Source: an uncultured Gemmatimonadales bacterium (GTDB taxonomy: Bacteria > Gemmatimonadota > Gemmatimonadetes > Gemmatimonadales > Gemmatimonadaceae). From it: a DNA stretch of 64,000 nt. Every line of letters starts with the position of its first letter. Positions within the stretch are counted from its first letter, which is position 1. Below are positions 60,992-64,000 of this stretch, in pieces. Made by a program: the position numbers and the translations under genes. The stretch is taken from positions 608,001 to 672,000 of the forward strand of contig CAVPQB010000003.1 of the NCBI GenBank assembly GCA_963707505.1. Reading direction: 5' to 3'. Under the pieces are notes generated by a model. The model ran no database searches, was not told where the DNA came from, and was given only the letters and a program-made list of their open reading frames with translations.

Positions 60992-62108
60992 TCGTCCGCT
61001 TTCCATTCTGCATGTTCTCGCACCGGCAGACTCGGGCGGGCTGGAGACTGTCGTACGATCGCTTGCGATTGGCCATGCCGCGATGGGCCACTCGGTCGAG
61101 ATTGCCGCGGTGACGGAGTCACCCACGAGCGCATTCGTACAGGAAGCGCGCGATGCGGGCTTGCAGGTTCACGTCATCGAATCTCCTCCCAGGTCACTGG
61201 TACCTGAGCGCCGCGGAGTCCGTGCGCTGCTGGCGCAGCGGAAATTCAACGTCATGCACTCGCACGGTTATCGCAGCGACATCCTCGACATCGGCGTGGC
61301 TCGCTCGATGGGAGTCCCGTCCGTAACTACCCTGCATGGCTTTTCCGCAACAGACCGAAAAGCGCGCGCATACGAATGGCTTCAGATCCGCGCCGCACGA
61401 CGCGCGTCTGCAATCGTGGCCGTATCGAGCAACGTCGCCGCGTCGGTTGCACTGGGCGGCGCGAGTCCCCAATCGATTCACCTGATAAGGAACGCGATTG
61501 GCACGACCTCGACTCCGATCGATGCGAGCGCAGCTCGCAATCGGCTCGGTCTCGCATCAGGGATGCACATCGGCTGGATTGGACGCCTGAGCTCCGAAAA
61601 GGGCCCGGATATCATGATCGACGCAATGCAGTACCTGACAGATCTACCGGTAACGCTATCCTTCATCGGCGACGGACCGGACCGGTCTGCGCTCACCGAG
61701 CAAGCCAGCCGCCTCGGCGTCGCAGCCAGCGTGCGATTCCACGGCCGAGTCGCTGATGCCGCGACGTTGCTTCTGGCTTTCGATGTGGTGGCGCTCAGCT
61801 CGCGCACGGAAGGAACGCCGATGGTGGTCCTCGAAGCGATGTCCGCCGGCGTGCCGATCGTCGCGCCGCGCGTTGGTGGGGTTCCCGACATGTTGTCCAT
61901 GAACGAAGCATCGCTGGTCGACGCCGAAGATCCGAAGGCGCTCGCAGATGCGATCCGGGCCGCGCTCGCTGACCGCGAGGCCGCTGCCGGCCGCGCCGCG
62001 CGCGCGCATGCAAGACTCGTTACCGAGTTCGACGTTCAATCGTGGCTTGCGCGCTACGAAGCGCTGTACCGCTCGATTCAGCCCACCCGCCCACCACAGC
62101 GAGCATGA
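60984..62108 (+). CDS. glycosyltransferase family 4
   Basis: GGLE, GRLSSEKG, EGTPMVVLEAM..G.P. Confidence 0.9.
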   Translation: MTDRPLSILHVLAPADSGGLETVVRSLAIGHAAMGHSVEIAAVTESPTSAFVQEARDAGLQVHVIESPPRSLVPERRGVRALLAQRKFNVMHSHGYRSDILDIGVARSMGVPSVTTLHGFSATDRKARAYEWLQIRAARRASAIVAVSSNVAASVALGGASPQSIHLIRNAIGTTSTPIDASAARNRLGLASGMHIGWIGRLSSEKGPDIMIDAMQYLTDLPVTLSFIGDGPDRSALTEQASRLGVAASVRFHGRVADAATLLLAFDVVALSSRTEGTPMVVLEAMSAGVPIVAPRVGGVPDMLSMNEASLVDAEDPKALADAIRAALADREAAAGRAARAHARLVTEFDVQSWLARYEALYRSIQPTRPPQRA

Positions 62109-63277
62109 ACGCGGTTCTGCCCACTCTCATAGTACTTCCGCTAGGCATCGGTCTCTACGCGTATGTGGCGTATCCGCTGCTCCTGCGGCTGGTCGCCGCG
62201 ATGCGCCGTACGCCGGAACGATCCGCTGCGGAATTTTCGTGGCCGTTCATCACCATCACCGTCCCGTGCTACAACGAGGAGCGCAGCATCCGCCAGACGC
62301 TGGAGGCGCTTCTCGCCGTGGACTATCCCGCGGACAGGCGCCAGATCCTCGTCATATCCGACGCGTCGTCCGACGACACCGACGCGATCGTGCGCGAATT
62401 TTCTGATCGCGGCGTCGAGCTTCTGCGCCTCGACGAGCGGCGCGGCAAGAGCGCGGCAGAGAATGCAGCCGGACCTGTGGCTCGCGGAGAGATAATTGTA
62501 AACACGGATGCGACCATTCGCATTCTCCCCACCGCCCTCAAGGCGCTGGTGCGAGCATTTGCCGATCCGCATGTTGGTGTTGCATCCGGACGCGATGTGA
62601 GCGTCGCATCGATCGACGACAGGGCGAGCGCCAATGCTATCAGCGGCGAGTCGGGATACGTGGGCTACGAAATGAACATCCGCGCTCTCGAAACGCAGGT
62701 AAGATCCATCGTCGGAGCGAGCGGCTGTTTTTATGGAATCCGGGCTTCGCTCTACGATAGCGCATTCCCCGAATCGCTGAGCCGCGACTTCGCATCGGCA
62801 CTGATGGCGGAGGAACACGGCTACCGCGCAGTATCGGTCAACGACGCAGTCTGTCTCGTGCCGCAGACCAGGTCATTGCAATCGGAGTTCCGGCGCAAGA
62901 TCAGAACGATGGCGCGCGGGCTCCAGACACTCTGGTTCAAGCGCCACCTCATGAATCCATTCACGCACGGATCGTTCGCGTGGATGCTGTTCAGTCACAA
63001 GCTCTGCCGGTGGCTGGTGTATCCCGCATTGCCGATAGCAGCCGTAGCGCTGGTAATCGCAAGTGTTCATTCGCGCGGCTGGATGATCGTGCTCCTGGTG
63101 TCGATCGTCGGCGCGATTGCCGGGATTGCCGGCATGCGCTGGCCCAAAGCCCGAGTCGCACCGCGGGTCATCAGGATTGCCGGCTTCGCGCTGGCTTCCA
63201 ATCTTGCCGGAATGCTGGCCTGGGCACAGGTCGCACGCAACCGGCGTATGGCTGTATGGGAACCGACACGCCGATGA
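62105..63277 (+). CDS. glycosyltransferase family 2
   Basis: PCYNEE, SDASSDDT, GKSAA, TDA, GASGCFY, DF, RRKIRT; N- and C-terminal TM segments. Confidence 0.9.
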   Translation: MNAVLPTLIVLPLGIGLYAYVAYPLLLRLVAAMRRTPERSAAEFSWPFITITVPCYNEERSIRQTLEALLAVDYPADRRQILVISDASSDDTDAIVREFSDRGVELLRLDERRGKSAAENAAGPVARGEIIVNTDATIRILPTALKALVRAFADPHVGVASGRDVSVASIDDRASANAISGESGYVGYEMNIRALETQVRSIVGASGCFYGIRASLYDSAFPESLSRDFASALMAEEHGYRAVSVNDAVCLVPQTRSLQSEFRRKIRTMARGLQTLWFKRHLMNPFTHGSFAWMLFSHKLCRWLVYPALPIAAVALVIASVHSRGWMIVLLVSIVGAIAGIAGMRWPKARVAPRVIRIAGFALASNLAGMLAWAQVARNRRMAVWEPTRR

Positions 63278-64000
63278 AAGGATTGGCGGAGGAGCACACT
63301 TTCGCGCCAGCTCGCTTGCAGGCGCACGTTTCGGCTGTGACTCGCACCCATCTACCCGAACGCAACCTCGACGTACTGCGAGCGATCGCCGTGCTTTGCG
63401 TCGTAGCGGATCACGTCATGTGGGCGTGCGGCATGAAACCCGTCTTCATCTCCGACTGGGAGCTCGGCCGCATAGGGGTACTGCTATTCTTCGTTCACAC
63501 TTCGTTGGTGCTGATGAGCTCCATGGAGCGAGGCGGTACGGGTGGTCACTGGATACGCGACTTCTACATCCGTCGCGCATTTCGCATCTACCCTCTGGCT
63601 ATAGCTGCCGTGATGATTACGGTGGCCTTCCACATTCCTACGATCGTTCCGGCGAGGTTCATCCCGCCGCTTCCCCGCACGATCGCGAGCAATCTGCTGC
63701 TGGTGCAGAACGTTTCGGGTGATACCAACGTCGTGGGGATGCTCTGGAGCCTGCCGATCGAAGTGCAGATGTATCTGGTTCTGCCGGCGCTGTATCTGAT
63801 CGCTCGACGCTCCGTATCCGGCGTACTGGTCGCGTTTGGCGTCGCGGTCATCGCGGGGCTGACGGTACAGTACGTTCCCGCGCCGGGCCTGTGGCGCCTG
63901 TCGGTCGCTGTCTTCGGTCCGTGTTTCGTTAGCGGCGTGGTTGCCTTTGGAATCCTTCGCATGAACTCGAGCGCGAAACTTCCAGCGATACTGTGGATCC
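63274..64000 (+). CDS. acyltransferase family 3 (runs off the window end)
   Basis: Translated by hand: NLDVLRAIAV..V..DH, GVLLFFVHTS, FYIRRAFRIYP, WSLPIEVQMY. Absent from the ORF track because it has no stop in the window. Confidence 0.82.
   Translation, partial: MKGLAEEHTFAPARLQAHVSAVTRTHLPERNLDVLRAIAVLCVVADHVMWACGMKPVFISDWELGRIGVLLFFVHTSLVLMSSMERGGTGGHWIRDFYIRRAFRIYPLAIAAVMITVAFHIPTIVPARFIPPLPRTIASNLLLVQNVSGDTNVVGMLWSLPIEVQMYLVLPALYLIARRSVSGVLVAFGVAVIAGLTVQYVPAPGLWRLSVAVFGPCFVSGVVAFGILRMNSSAKLPAILWI

Overview
High-GC bacterial chromosomal segment. PEP-CTERM style and gene content suggest Gemmatimonadota, but that is inference. Scattered single-base frameshifts in otherwise intact genes look like long-read consensus errors. 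Contents, left to right: (1) 1-14.4 kb, an L-arabinose/pentose-glycan utilisation locus with a fucose-isomerase-like enzyme, araB, araD, Tat-exported GH31 and GH127/146, an unclassified Tat-exported hydrolase, and a sugar ABC importer. (2) 14.4-18.4 kb, a kaiB-kaiC operon with no adjacent kaiA, divergent from a PAS histidine kinase, with short direct repeats between them. (3) 18.5-23.7 kb, an osmoprotectant ABC transporter, a GbsR/MarR regulator with a palindromic operator, a CMP-kinase-like gene and a DHA2 exporter. (4) 23.7-29.4 kb, a three-gene hybrid-kinase/response-regulator relay. (5) 29.6-34.8 kb, a SAM-II riboswitch plus terminator ahead of metX-metB-AK/HSDH. (6) 36.9-64 kb, a large exopolysaccharide/exosortase (PEP-CTERM) locus. 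Embedded in it are two tandem lipoprotein genes, each behind its own c-di-GMP-I riboswitch, that share a near-identical ~790-bp domain of unknown function. There are three REP-like palindromes. I saw no rRNA, tRNA, CRISPR array or transposase. All family calls come from motif recognition by eye, not database searches.
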